Positions 28,676 through 35,379 of a stretch of 64,000 bases of DNA are shown here, piece by piece. The position numbers and the translations under genes are program-made. Numbering within the stretch: the stretch's first letter is position 1; every line of letters begins with the position of its first letter. The notes beneath the pieces were generated by a model. The model was not told the origin of the DNA, searched no databases, and worked only from the letters and a program-made list of their open reading frames with translations. This DNA is from Patescibacteria group bacterium (GTDB taxonomy: Bacteria; Patescibacteriota; JAUYIX01; JBHPHK01), in assembly GCA_042569365.1 (NCBI GenBank), contig JBHPHK010000004.1, positions 6,113 to 70,112 on the forward strand, given 5' to 3'.

Positions 28676-28704
28676 ATACTAGGTGCAATAGAAGTTTTTG
28701 TCAA
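28676..28704 (-). promoter_or_regulatory. sigma70-type promoter (TTGACA-17-TAGTAT)
   Basis: The minus strand has an exact -35 at 28699..28704 and a -10 at 28676..28681. Confidence 0.5.
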
Positions 28705-28711
28705 GAGTTTT

Positions 28712-28754
28712 AAGGTAAAAGAAATAGAGCGCTCCCTAGAAGGAAGCGCTCTAT
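28712..28754 (-). terminator. rho-independent terminator after the 47-aa/14-aa mini-ORF unit
   Basis: The minus strand reads ATAGAGCGCTTCC-TTCT-AGGGAGCGCTCTAT followed by TTCTTTT. Confidence 0.6.
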
Positions 28755-28801
28755 GATGCGTCAAATTTTTCGATTTTGTCCCTTGGGACGTTTGTACAGA
28801 C

Positions 28802-28846
28802 TTAGACGAACCCTGACTCGTATCTCTGCAAATCAGAAACCGTCAT
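28802..28846 (-). CDS. mini-ORF, 14 aa, MTVSDLQRYESGFV
   Basis: A perfect AAGGAGGAA lies 6 nt upstream of the ATG. The ORF sits 82 nt after the 47-aa ORF and just before the terminator. Confidence 0.35.
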   Translation of the reverse strand: MTVSDLQRYESGFV

Positions 28847-28928
28847 AGGGTGTTCCTCCTTGCGGATGTGCCGTCACGGCTGGATTTTTCTTTGTCAGGT
28901 TTGCGACAACTTGCTGTGGACTCAGCTC

Positions 28929-29072
28929 TTAGTTACCGCTTACCGCGTCGAGAAAGGCTTTGTTCCGGCAGTCCTCATTCGCGAGAATGCCAGTGTTTTC
29001 GCTTGTGTGCGCGTTCACCGCGACTTTCTTCTTGTTTTCGCTGGTGTCAGGGTCTTTATTATGGAGGTTCAT
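28929..29072 (-). CDS. mini-ORF, 47 aa, MNLHNKDPDTSENKKKVAVNAHTSENTGILANEDCRNKAFLDAVSGN
   Basis: This is an internal ATG of the 71-aa track ORF, preceded by AAGAGG 9 nt upstream. It is hydrophilic and shares TSENTGIL with the 35-aa mini-ORF. Confidence 0.5.
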   Translation of the reverse strand: MNLHNKDPDTSENKKKVAVNAHTSENTGILANEDCRNKAFLDAVSGN

Positions 29073-29170
29073 AGGCAAGTACCTCTTTTTTGTCTGCGCC
29101 GTATAAATACGGCTCTGGTAATGTTCGAGTTTCGGGAATAACACGACCCGGGGTAAGGAGTGTTTAAGTA

Positions 29171-29199
29171 AATATACTTTTCCCAGCGCGTTTTGTCAA
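29171..29199 (-). promoter_or_regulatory. sigma70-type promoter (TTGACA-17-TATATT)
   Basis: The minus strand has exact hexamers and lies about 90 nt upstream of the 47-aa ORF. Confidence 0.55.
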
Positions 29200-29211
29200 T
29201 TGTGTATAAAG

Positions 29212-29243
29212 AAAAAAGCGCCGCTGATTAAGGCGACGCTTTT
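29212..29243 (-). terminator. rho-independent terminator after the 4-TM protein gene
   Basis: The minus strand reads AAAGCGTCGCC-TTAATCA-GCGGCGCT followed by TTTTTT. Confidence 0.6.
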
Positions 29244-29269
29244 ATGGTTTGATTTTTGAAGTTGGCTGG

Positions 29270-29707
29270 CTAGTCATCATAGTCCAAGTGCTGAAGTTTC
29301 AGATTAACTTCGCAGAGCCGAGCGGGAATTTCCGTGGCCCAGAAGCCTAATTGTAAGAAACAAATCGGAATGGGCCAGATCAGCCACAAAAGCAGTTTGA
29401 CGATCTTGGTGAGCGTCCGTTGCTGGTTGCAGAAAAGGTAAGAGAGAGTCAAGACCAGCATGAGCAGATGCGGGAAATAGTAGACGCCGACTTCGTTTAA
29501 GGAAAACTGGAAAATAATCCAGGGCGCTACCGTGTACAAGAAGGTGTCAGAGAGATTCAAAGGCTGAGTGTCAACGATTGTGAAGAACAGGGAAAGCATA
29601 AAAAATATGCACACGGCCGCAATCGTCACGCGTCCCGCATTGCCAGGACCGCCTTCCAGATCTTTAAGGCTGTTCAGCCATCTGATCAGCGAGAAAGTTC
29701 TTTTCAT
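29270..29707 (-). CDS. small polytopic membrane protein (145 aa, ~4 TM), hypothetical
   Basis: TAGGAGGCACCCAAA precedes the ATG. Four hydrophobic helices are visible, and I recognise no family motif. Confidence 0.65.
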   Translation of the reverse strand: MKRTFSLIRWLNSLKDLEGGPGNAGRVTIAAVCIFFMLSLFFTIVDTQPLNLSDTFLYTVAPWIIFQFSLNEVGVYYFPHLLMLVLTLSYLFCNQQRTLTKIVKLLLWLIWPIPICFLQLGFWATEIPARLCEVNLKLQHLDYDD

Positions 29708-29778
29708 TTTGGGTGCCTCCTATAGGTTACGGTTAAACAGAAAGATGGTTGTTATAAGTTGTTAAACAGCGATATATG

Positions 29779-29807
29779 ATGCTAACAAAATGCCCCGGCT
29801 TTGTCAA
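29779..29807 (-). promoter_or_regulatory. sigma70-type promoter (TTGACA-17-TAGCAT)
   Basis: It reads on the minus strand and lies about 70 nt upstream of ATG 29707. Confidence 0.5.
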
Positions 29808-29844
29808 GCTGGAAAGAGAGTTAGTAAAAGAGTTGTATTGTGGT

Positions 29845-31050
29845 CTAAGCCTTCTTCTTCCTCAAATCAAAACTAATATTCTTGCTTGCTTCTACCTGAG
29901 GCTGATCAAAAGGATTAACTCCGCGCATCCAGCCAGAGTACACCGCAGCATACTGCAGGAAGCCCATCAGTTCGCCGACATTCTCTTCATCCAGCTTTGT
30001 TATCGAAGTCGTGATGACTGGAATCCCGATATTGATCGCATCCTCATAAGTACCACGGTATTCATACTCCATAACCTTCGAGAGAGGAATGTCATCCAAA
30101 TCCGCGAGCGTCCCATCACGCAGAGGAATGTCACCGATCTCTTCCGGAATATATGTTGCGTGATCATGGAAAAAAGTCTCCGGACGAATAAACCAACCGA
30201 CCACGTTCTTGCCTCCACCAAAGAAACGCTGGTTGGTGTGGTGCTGAGACTGCGGGCCTTCGGCGCCGTACATAGTTTGGCCGCCGCCCTCTTTACTGAC
30301 GGATTCATGGAAAAGCTGGACGATCAATTCTGAAATACCGGCTAGTTCATGTGAATAGATTGGGAAAAATATTTCACTGAAACCTTTTTTCTCCAACTGA
30401 TAGAAAGCGGCTGCCACTTGTAGGGCAGGATTTTTTTCCAGCGGAACGGAAGGCGCGCACTTAGCATGCATGCTCTTAAAACCGGCATGGAGTTTGTCGA
30501 TATCAATCTCGAGCAAAGCAGTTGGGAGGAGGGCAGCCTCTGTGCCACCGATAAAACGACCGCCAATGTCCGGGTGCATGAAAGTCTTCCATTTGAGGCG
30601 ATCGGCTATTTCTCGCAGAGCTCCGTTGGGACCTGTGATCGCCGCAATCTTATATTTATGTCGTGAAAAGAATAGTGTGTTTTCGAGTTGTTCGACGTTG
30701 GTACCGGATTTGCTGATCGTTACCACGACAGAATTATCTGCCGGAGCAAAGCGCATCAGGTGTTCCAGATAGTTTGGATCAGACGTGTTGCAGATGAAAA
30801 CTTTGTGTTTGGATTGATGCCAGCCCAGGGCCTCGTAGATCGCCTTGTAGCTGGTGATCGAGCCACCGCGGCCGACGACAATAATGTTGCGGGCATTGCA
30901 ACAGGTCTTCACAGATTCCTTGATTCCTTCCAAGTCCGCTTCGTATTGTGCGAAAGCGGGAACTTTTTGTTTGGCAATAGAGGCGAGCTCTTTTTTAAGC
31001 CCTGCGCCGATGTCTTTGATAGTTGTGTGTTGTAGGTCGTTTTTAAGCAT
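29845..31050 (-). CDS. pgi: glucose-6-phosphate isomerase (short SIS-type PGI)
   Basis: 401 aa with PGI-type motifs (IVVGRGGSITSYKAI, VVTISKSGTNVEQ, GGRFIGGTEAALLP, NPFDQPQVEASK). Confidence 0.8.
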   Translation of the reverse strand: MLKNDLQHTTIKDIGAGLKKELASIAKQKVPAFAQYEADLEGIKESVKTCCNARNIIVVGRGGSITSYKAIYEALGWHQSKHKVFICNTSDPNYLEHLMRFAPADNSVVVTISKSGTNVEQLENTLFFSRHKYKIAAITGPNGALREIADRLKWKTFMHPDIGGRFIGGTEAALLPTALLEIDIDKLHAGFKSMHAKCAPSVPLEKNPALQVAAAFYQLEKKGFSEIFFPIYSHELAGISELIVQLFHESVSKEGGGQTMYGAEGPQSQHHTNQRFFGGGKNVVGWFIRPETFFHDHATYIPEEIGDIPLRDGTLADLDDIPLSKVMEYEYRGTYEDAINIGIPVITTSITKLDEENVGELMGFLQYAAVYSGWMRGVNPFDQPQVEASKNISFDLRKKKA

Positions 31051-31084
31051 AGATACAGTATAACAAATAATTTGGTTTTGGTCT

Positions 31085-31121
31085 GGTGGGCCTCCCCCGA
31101 CCTCCCGCCCCTAATTTTAGA
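31085..31121. repeat. GC-rich 37-nt element, copy 1
   Basis: The sequence GGTGGGCCTCCCCCGACCTCCCGCCCCTAATTTTAGA matches the copy at 35293..35329 at 35 of 37 positions. It lies in the queA-pgi intergenic region. Confidence 0.7.
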
Positions 31122-31142
31122 GGAAAGGAGATTAAATTTTGA

Positions 31143-32195
31143 TTAAATAATCAACATCGCATCCCCAAAACTATAGAAACGATACTTCTGTTTGATTGCT
31201 TCAGCGTAGGCTTGTTTGATAATTTCAATTCCAGAATCAGGGTCTGTAGAATCTGCGACAAAAGACGCAACAAGCGCTAGCAGCGAAGTTTTCGGCAAAT
31301 GGAAATTCGTAATCAGGCCATCAACAATTTTCCACTCATACCCAGGGTAAATATAAATGTCTGTTTCTCCTTCAAGTGCGCCTGATGCTCCAAATGTTTC
31401 CAAAACACGTGCTGCGGTTGTGCCCACGGAGATCACGCGTCTTTTTTCTTGTTTGGCTTGTTTGATTTTTTCCGCGATCTCAGGATCGATCTCAAAATAT
31501 TCAGAATGGATCTGATGTTCTTCAATCTCATCTGTCCGAATAGGCTGGAAAGTCCCAAGGCCTACATGCAAAGTCACGTACTCGATCTGCACGCCTTGTT
31601 TTTCTAAAGAAGCCAACAGCTCCGGCGTAAAATGAAAGCCGGCCGTGGGAGCGGCCGCCGATCCCTCTTTGTCAGGATCAGCAAAAACGGTCTGGTACTG
31701 ATCTTTGCGAGACTTTGAATTCGTAATGTAGGGAGGTAGGGGAACTTCGCCATACTTTTCAAGCTTTTTCCTAAAATCTGCACCCTTCACATTAAAACGC
31801 AGTAAATATGTTCCACCGGAGAGTTTTTCTTCCATCTTCGCACTCAATAAATCATCGCCAGTCTTGCTTATTATCAAATCCTCACCCAGCTTTAGCTTTT
31901 TACCAGGTTTTACTAGTGCTTCCCATGTGTCTTCACCTTTTTGTGCCAACAACAATATCTCAAACTCATGACTAGCCTCATTCACGGCCCGCAACCTTGC
32001 CGGGATCACTTTAGAATTATTCAAAACTAAAACATCGCCGTCTCGTAAGAACTGACCTATATTCTTGAATATATAGTGGCTAAAATTATTTGTCCCTCGC
32101 TCAAGATGAAAAAGACGCGACTCATCTCGCGGCTCTAAAGGTTCCTGGGCGATAAGCTCTTTCGGGAGCTCGTAATCAAAAAGATCACTCCGCAT
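31143..32195 (-). CDS. queA: S-adenosylmethionine:tRNA ribosyltransferase-isomerase
   Basis: It has the N-terminus MRSDLFDYELPKELIAQEP, the motif PLPPYI and the C-terminus YRFYSFGDAMLI, all typical of QueA. Confidence 0.9.
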   Translation of the reverse strand: MRSDLFDYELPKELIAQEPLEPRDESRLFHLERGTNNFSHYIFKNIGQFLRDGDVLVLNNSKVIPARLRAVNEASHEFEILLLAQKGEDTWEALVKPGKKLKLGEDLIISKTGDDLLSAKMEEKLSGGTYLLRFNVKGADFRKKLEKYGEVPLPPYITNSKSRKDQYQTVFADPDKEGSAAAPTAGFHFTPELLASLEKQGVQIEYVTLHVGLGTFQPIRTDEIEEHQIHSEYFEIDPEIAEKIKQAKQEKRRVISVGTTAARVLETFGASGALEGETDIYIYPGYEWKIVDGLITNFHLPKTSLLALVASFVADSTDPDSGIEIIKQAYAEAIKQKYRFYSFGDAMLII

Positions 32196-32890
32196 TATTG
32201 CTGATGATCAGTATTTGTCTGTGTAGCAGAAGGGGTCGTAGGATGTTGCGGAACACCTGTCTGGCTTTGCTGACGCACAATCTGAATAATATTATCAAGC
32301 TCAAGTGTCCTGCCGCGTACATTTTCCCATGAACGGTACATGTTCTGTAATTCCTTTTCCCCGTGGCGGTTATACTGGTCGCGCAGATGGATGATGATGT
32401 CCGAAATTTTCTCAGGATGGGATAGTTTCAAAAATTGGAAAAGTTCTACAGCAGCAGCGGTCTGGATCAGAAGCGTGCCGAACTGCATGAATGTAGGAAT
32501 CACTCCGACTATTTTTGTCGAGACGTCCTGGATCTCCGTTAGAGACAGTTCAGAAACACTACGGTTGAACAAAGCATTTTGTTTGATCTGTACAACGCGG
32601 GAGGTCGTCACGATAAAAACATCCAGATAATAATCGATCCAGCCAATAAACAAGAACAGGAACAAGAACATTAAAAACATGACAGAGAGAAGCTGGATGA
32701 TGCGGCCAGTTTCCTCTCGTGCCAATTCGGGAAAGAAATATCCCAGGGCGAAAATCAAGGCAGTGAAAAGTACGGCCAAAATTACTGTGAAAGTGACGTG
32801 TCCTAGGAAAACTGTCCAGTGGCGACGCATAAAGACGATGATGCGCTCATCGGGTCTTTGGTTTGGGAAATAGTGGGCAGCGTCTTGCAT
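32195..32890 (-). CDS. membrane protein with bacterial PH (bPH_2/YdbT-like) domain
   Basis: Two N-terminal TM helices are followed by the pattern DVFIVTTSRVVQIKQNALFNRSVSELSLTEIQDV. The call is by motif only. Confidence 0.55.
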   Translation of the reverse strand: MQDAAHYFPNQRPDERIIVFMRRHWTVFLGHVTFTVILAVLFTALIFALGYFFPELAREETGRIIQLLSVMFLMFLFLFLFIGWIDYYLDVFIVTTSRVVQIKQNALFNRSVSELSLTEIQDVSTKIVGVIPTFMQFGTLLIQTAAAVELFQFLKLSHPEKISDIIIHLRDQYNRHGEKELQNMYRSWENVRGRTLELDNIIQIVRQQSQTGVPQHPTTPSATQTNTDHQQ

Positions 32891-32901
32891 AATGTGAGAG
32901 T

Positions 32902-33261
32902 TTAAACAGGGGCAATTGCCAAGACAGCGCCGATTACTGCAAGAGCAACTGAGAGGCCGATAAAAATCAGGGTACTAACCAAAGATTGGTCGCCCTTAAA
33001 ACCGTATTTGAGCATATGGTAAACGGCGAATGCAGCAAAGGTGATATAGACAGCAATAAATATAAAGAAGATTATTTGGAAGATCAGCAGGGCAAGATCT
33101 CCAATCTCATCAGCAAAAAAGAATGTGACAGCGACAGCGCCGCCTATCAAAAGCACGCCAATTGATGTAAAAGTAATCAGCGGTGCGTTGCGGCGCTTGT
33201 CTTCCATGGGTGGCTGAACGATATGTTCGCCAAATTGTGGTCGGTCTGGATCTCCTAGCAT
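32902..33261 (-). CDS. small membrane protein (119 aa, 3 TM), hypothetical
   Basis: The ORF has three clear hydrophobic helices and is tightly spaced with the next gene. Confidence 0.55.
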   Translation of the reverse strand: MLGDPDRPQFGEHIVQPPMEDKRRNAPLITFTSIGVLLIGGAVAVTFFFADEIGDLALLIFQIIFFIFIAVYITFAAFAVYHMLKYGFKGDQSLVSTLIFIGLSVALAVIGAVLAIAPV

Positions 33262-33348
33262 AGTCAGGAATGTATTAATAATCGATTTAATTATAAGTAA
33301 AGACGCTTAGATAGGCCAGAGGACAAGGAATAGACCTGATTCTTAGAG

Positions 33349-34392
33349 TTAAAGAAGTTTATCTGGACCGTTTTCTGGCGGTTCAATATCTAAATGCTTG
33401 TAGGCCTTTTCAGTGGCGGAACGTCCACGTGGTGTACGTGCCAGAAATCCTCCCTGCAGCAAAAATGGCTCGATAACTTCTTCGAGAGTGTCTTCTTCGG
33501 CCGCGGTAGCTGCAGCAAGAGTACCAATACCAACTGGTCCGCCCTTGAATTGTTCTATTATAGTATTTAAAATGCGCCGGTCGTTTTCGTCGAGGCCTTC
33601 CGGGTCGATACTTAAAAGATCCAAAGCTTCGAGGGCTAAGTCTTTCGTTATTTTTCCGTCACCTTTGACTTGGGCATAGTCTCTAACACGTTTTAATAAA
33701 CGATTGGCGATACGTGGTGTGCGGCGCGCTCTTTGTGCGATTGCTTCGATCGAATCTGCGTCCGCATTAACATCTAAAATCTTTGAGGAACGCTCCAAGA
33801 TATCTTTAATTTCATCTTCAAGGTAAAAGTCCAGCTGGTGTGTAGCACCAAAGCGATCACGGAATGGGGAAGAGAGTAGACCGATGCGTGTAGTTGCTCC
33901 GATAATAGTGAAACGGGGGAGGTCTAGTCTAATGGATTTTGCGGAAGGGCCTTTGCCGATCACGATGTCGAGGACGTAGTCTTCCATTGCCGGGTATAGC
34001 ACCTCTTCTACGATTTTATTCATGCGGTGGATTTCGTCTATAAAGAGAACGTCATTATCTTCCAAGTTTGTGAGGATCGCACCAAGGTCGCCTGCTTTTT
34101 CAATGGCGGGGCCGGATGTCGTTTTGATATTCACGCCCATTTCATTGGCGATGATGTTGGCAAGCGTAGTTTTGCCAAGACCGGGAGGGCCGTAAAGCAG
34201 CACATGTTCGATCGGCTCTTTTCTCTTTTTAGCCGCCTCCATAAATATATTCAAATTGTCTTTAACCTTTTTCTGGCCGACGTAGTCCTTTAGTTTTTTC
34301 GGGCGTAGGCTAAGATCTAGCGAAGCATCTTCGTTTTCTGGCGTAGGAGAGACTACGCGGTCGATCTTTTTCTTTTTGCGTTCAATAGCCAT
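33349..34392 (-). CDS. ruvB: Holliday junction branch migration helicase RuvB
   Basis: It has the Walker A motif [11 protein letters not shown], the Walker B motif LFIDEIH and the pattern [15 protein letters not shown]. Confidence 0.95.
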   Translation of the reverse strand: MAIERKKKKIDRVVSPTPENEDASLDLSLRPKKLKDYVGQKKVKDNLNIFMEAAKKRKEPIEHVLLYGPPGLGKTTLANIIANEMGVNIKTTSGPAIEKAGDLGAILTNLEDNDVLFIDEIHRMNKIVEEVLYPAMEDYVLDIVIGKGPSAKSIRLDLPRFTIIGATTRIGLLSSPFRDRFGATHQLDFYLEDEIKDILERSSKILDVNADADSIEAIAQRARRTPRIANRLLKRVRDYAQVKGDGKITKDLALEALDLLSIDPEGLDENDRRILNTIIEQFKGGPVGIGTLAAATAAEEDTLEEVIEPFLLQGGFLARTPRGRSATEKAYKHLDIEPPENGPDKLL

Positions 34393-34458
34393 AGTGATGA
34401 ATCATAGCATTTTTACGGGCTCTATTCAAATTGTAGCATAAAGAAAAAGCGGACCTCG

Positions 34459-34956
34459 TTAAGATCCGCTTTTTGTGTCGATATACTGTATTACGAATTC
34501 CTTTCCAGGCAATTCGCTGGTCCTTTCCACCTCGATGACTCGATCAAGAAGATCGCGATCAAACTCACCGTTGAGAAACGCAGCGAGACCAAATGTGGCC
34601 TCTAGCAAGTTTCTGCGTACCCAACTATCGTCGTATTTTTTCCAGTTCTCTTCGGGATCAGACAGCTTGTGTTTGAGGAGCTGGTGCCAGACGTCATGTG
34701 CGTTTTTTTCTGCAATCTGTAAGAAGGTTTCCATAACCTTGGTTCTTGCAGCCTTGTGCACAAGGTCATCGCTCGTGAAGCAGACGAAACCGAAGCATTG
34801 CATGAGACTGCGACAAGCTACGACAACGTCGATTCTGTCGACGAGAACTTCAAGTTCTTTGATGAAGTTGTCCCAGTGAGACTTGGTAGGAGAGGTGTTC
34901 AGTTGAGCGACTGCTCGGAGGAAACTCATACGGTAAGTTTGCGTGTTCGCTTCCAT
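34459..34956 (-). CDS. hypothetical protein (165 aa), self-contained cassette
   Basis: My preferred start is ATG 34956, preceded by GGAGGTCGTT. The promoter is TTGACA-17-TAGGGT, with its -35 at about 35025. The terminator hairpin includes the stop codon. I recognise no family. Confidence 0.6.
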   Translation of the reverse strand: MEANTQTYRMSFLRAVAQLNTSPTKSHWDNFIKELEVLVDRIDVVVACRSLMQCFGFVCFTSDDLVHKAARTKVMETFLQIAEKNAHDVWHQLLKHKLSDPEENWKKYDDSWVRRNLLEATFGLAAFLNGEFDRDLLDRVIEVERTSELPGKEFVIQYIDTKSGS

Positions 34957-35061
34957 AACGACCTCCAGTTCAAGGTTATTTTTCGTAATGTACAAGACAC
35001 TCTACCCTAGCAGATTTAGCATTATTTGTCAATAGAATTGAACAAGTTTATTACTCAGAGC

Positions 35062-35090
35062 TTGACAATTCTTAAAATCCATGCTATGGT
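35062..35090 (+). promoter_or_regulatory. sigma70-type promoter (TTGACA-17-TATGGT) of the orphan RNA
   Basis: It has an exact -35 hexamer and a 17-nt spacer. No ORF follows. Confidence 0.55.
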
Positions 35091-35096
35091 TCTATG

Positions 35097-35271
35097 TTAT
35101 TCGAAAACGCCCTTTTAAGATAGTGAATAAAAAGAACCGCGTAGGTTCTGTAGACGCCCCCAAGAATATTGCGTAGTCTAGAAGGAATACTTGGTATTTA
35201 AACTTGCTTTTAATATCACTGAGCATCCCCTCGTACGTAATATTTGTCTACAGAGCCTAGGCGGTTTTTTG
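35097..35271 (+). ncRNA. candidate small RNA (~175 nt), class unknown
   Basis: The unit runs from promoter to U-run without an ORF. A 21-nt arm at 35135..35155 pairs with 35246..35266 (one mismatch, one G-U). The helix extends a further 12 bp (AAGAAUAUUGCGUA/UACGUAAUAUUU), and GGTTTTTT follows. Unpaired C-rich segments are GCCCCC (35156..35161) and CCCCUCG. Confidence 0.55.
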
Positions 35272-35291
35272 TTACCTAGTAATATAAAAAC

Positions 35292-35329
35292 GGGTGGGCC
35301 TCCCCCGACCCCCCACCCCTAATTTTAGA
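35292..35329. repeat. GC-rich 37-nt element, copy 2 (also a hairpin/terminator-like structure)
   Basis: The sequence is GGGTGGGCCTCCCCCGACCCCCCACCCCTAATTTTAGA. The stem GGGTGGG/CCCACCC is flanked by T-runs on both strands. It lies between the sRNA candidate and the VanW gene stop. Confidence 0.7.
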
Positions 35330-35379
35330 AAATAGGGAATGAAATAAATCTAAAATAACTATTAAACTATTTTAATATC

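Noticed and set aside
28850-29141. Plus-strand track ORFs 28850..29074 and 28860..29141
   Set aside because: They are antisense to the promoter/SD-supported 47-aa and 14-aa minus-strand ORFs and have no start signals.
29776-30333. 185-aa plus-strand ORF and other ORFs overlapping pgi (30000..31063)
   Set aside because: They are antisense or off-frame shadows of the well-supported pgi gene.
35097-35271. Calling the orphan RNA SRP (4.5S) or 6S RNA
   Set aside because: The long-hairpin shape fits loosely. However, I could not find the SRP domain-IV GNRA-loop/AGCA motifs or a 6S central bubble with paired termini, so I left it as an unclassified sRNA candidate.
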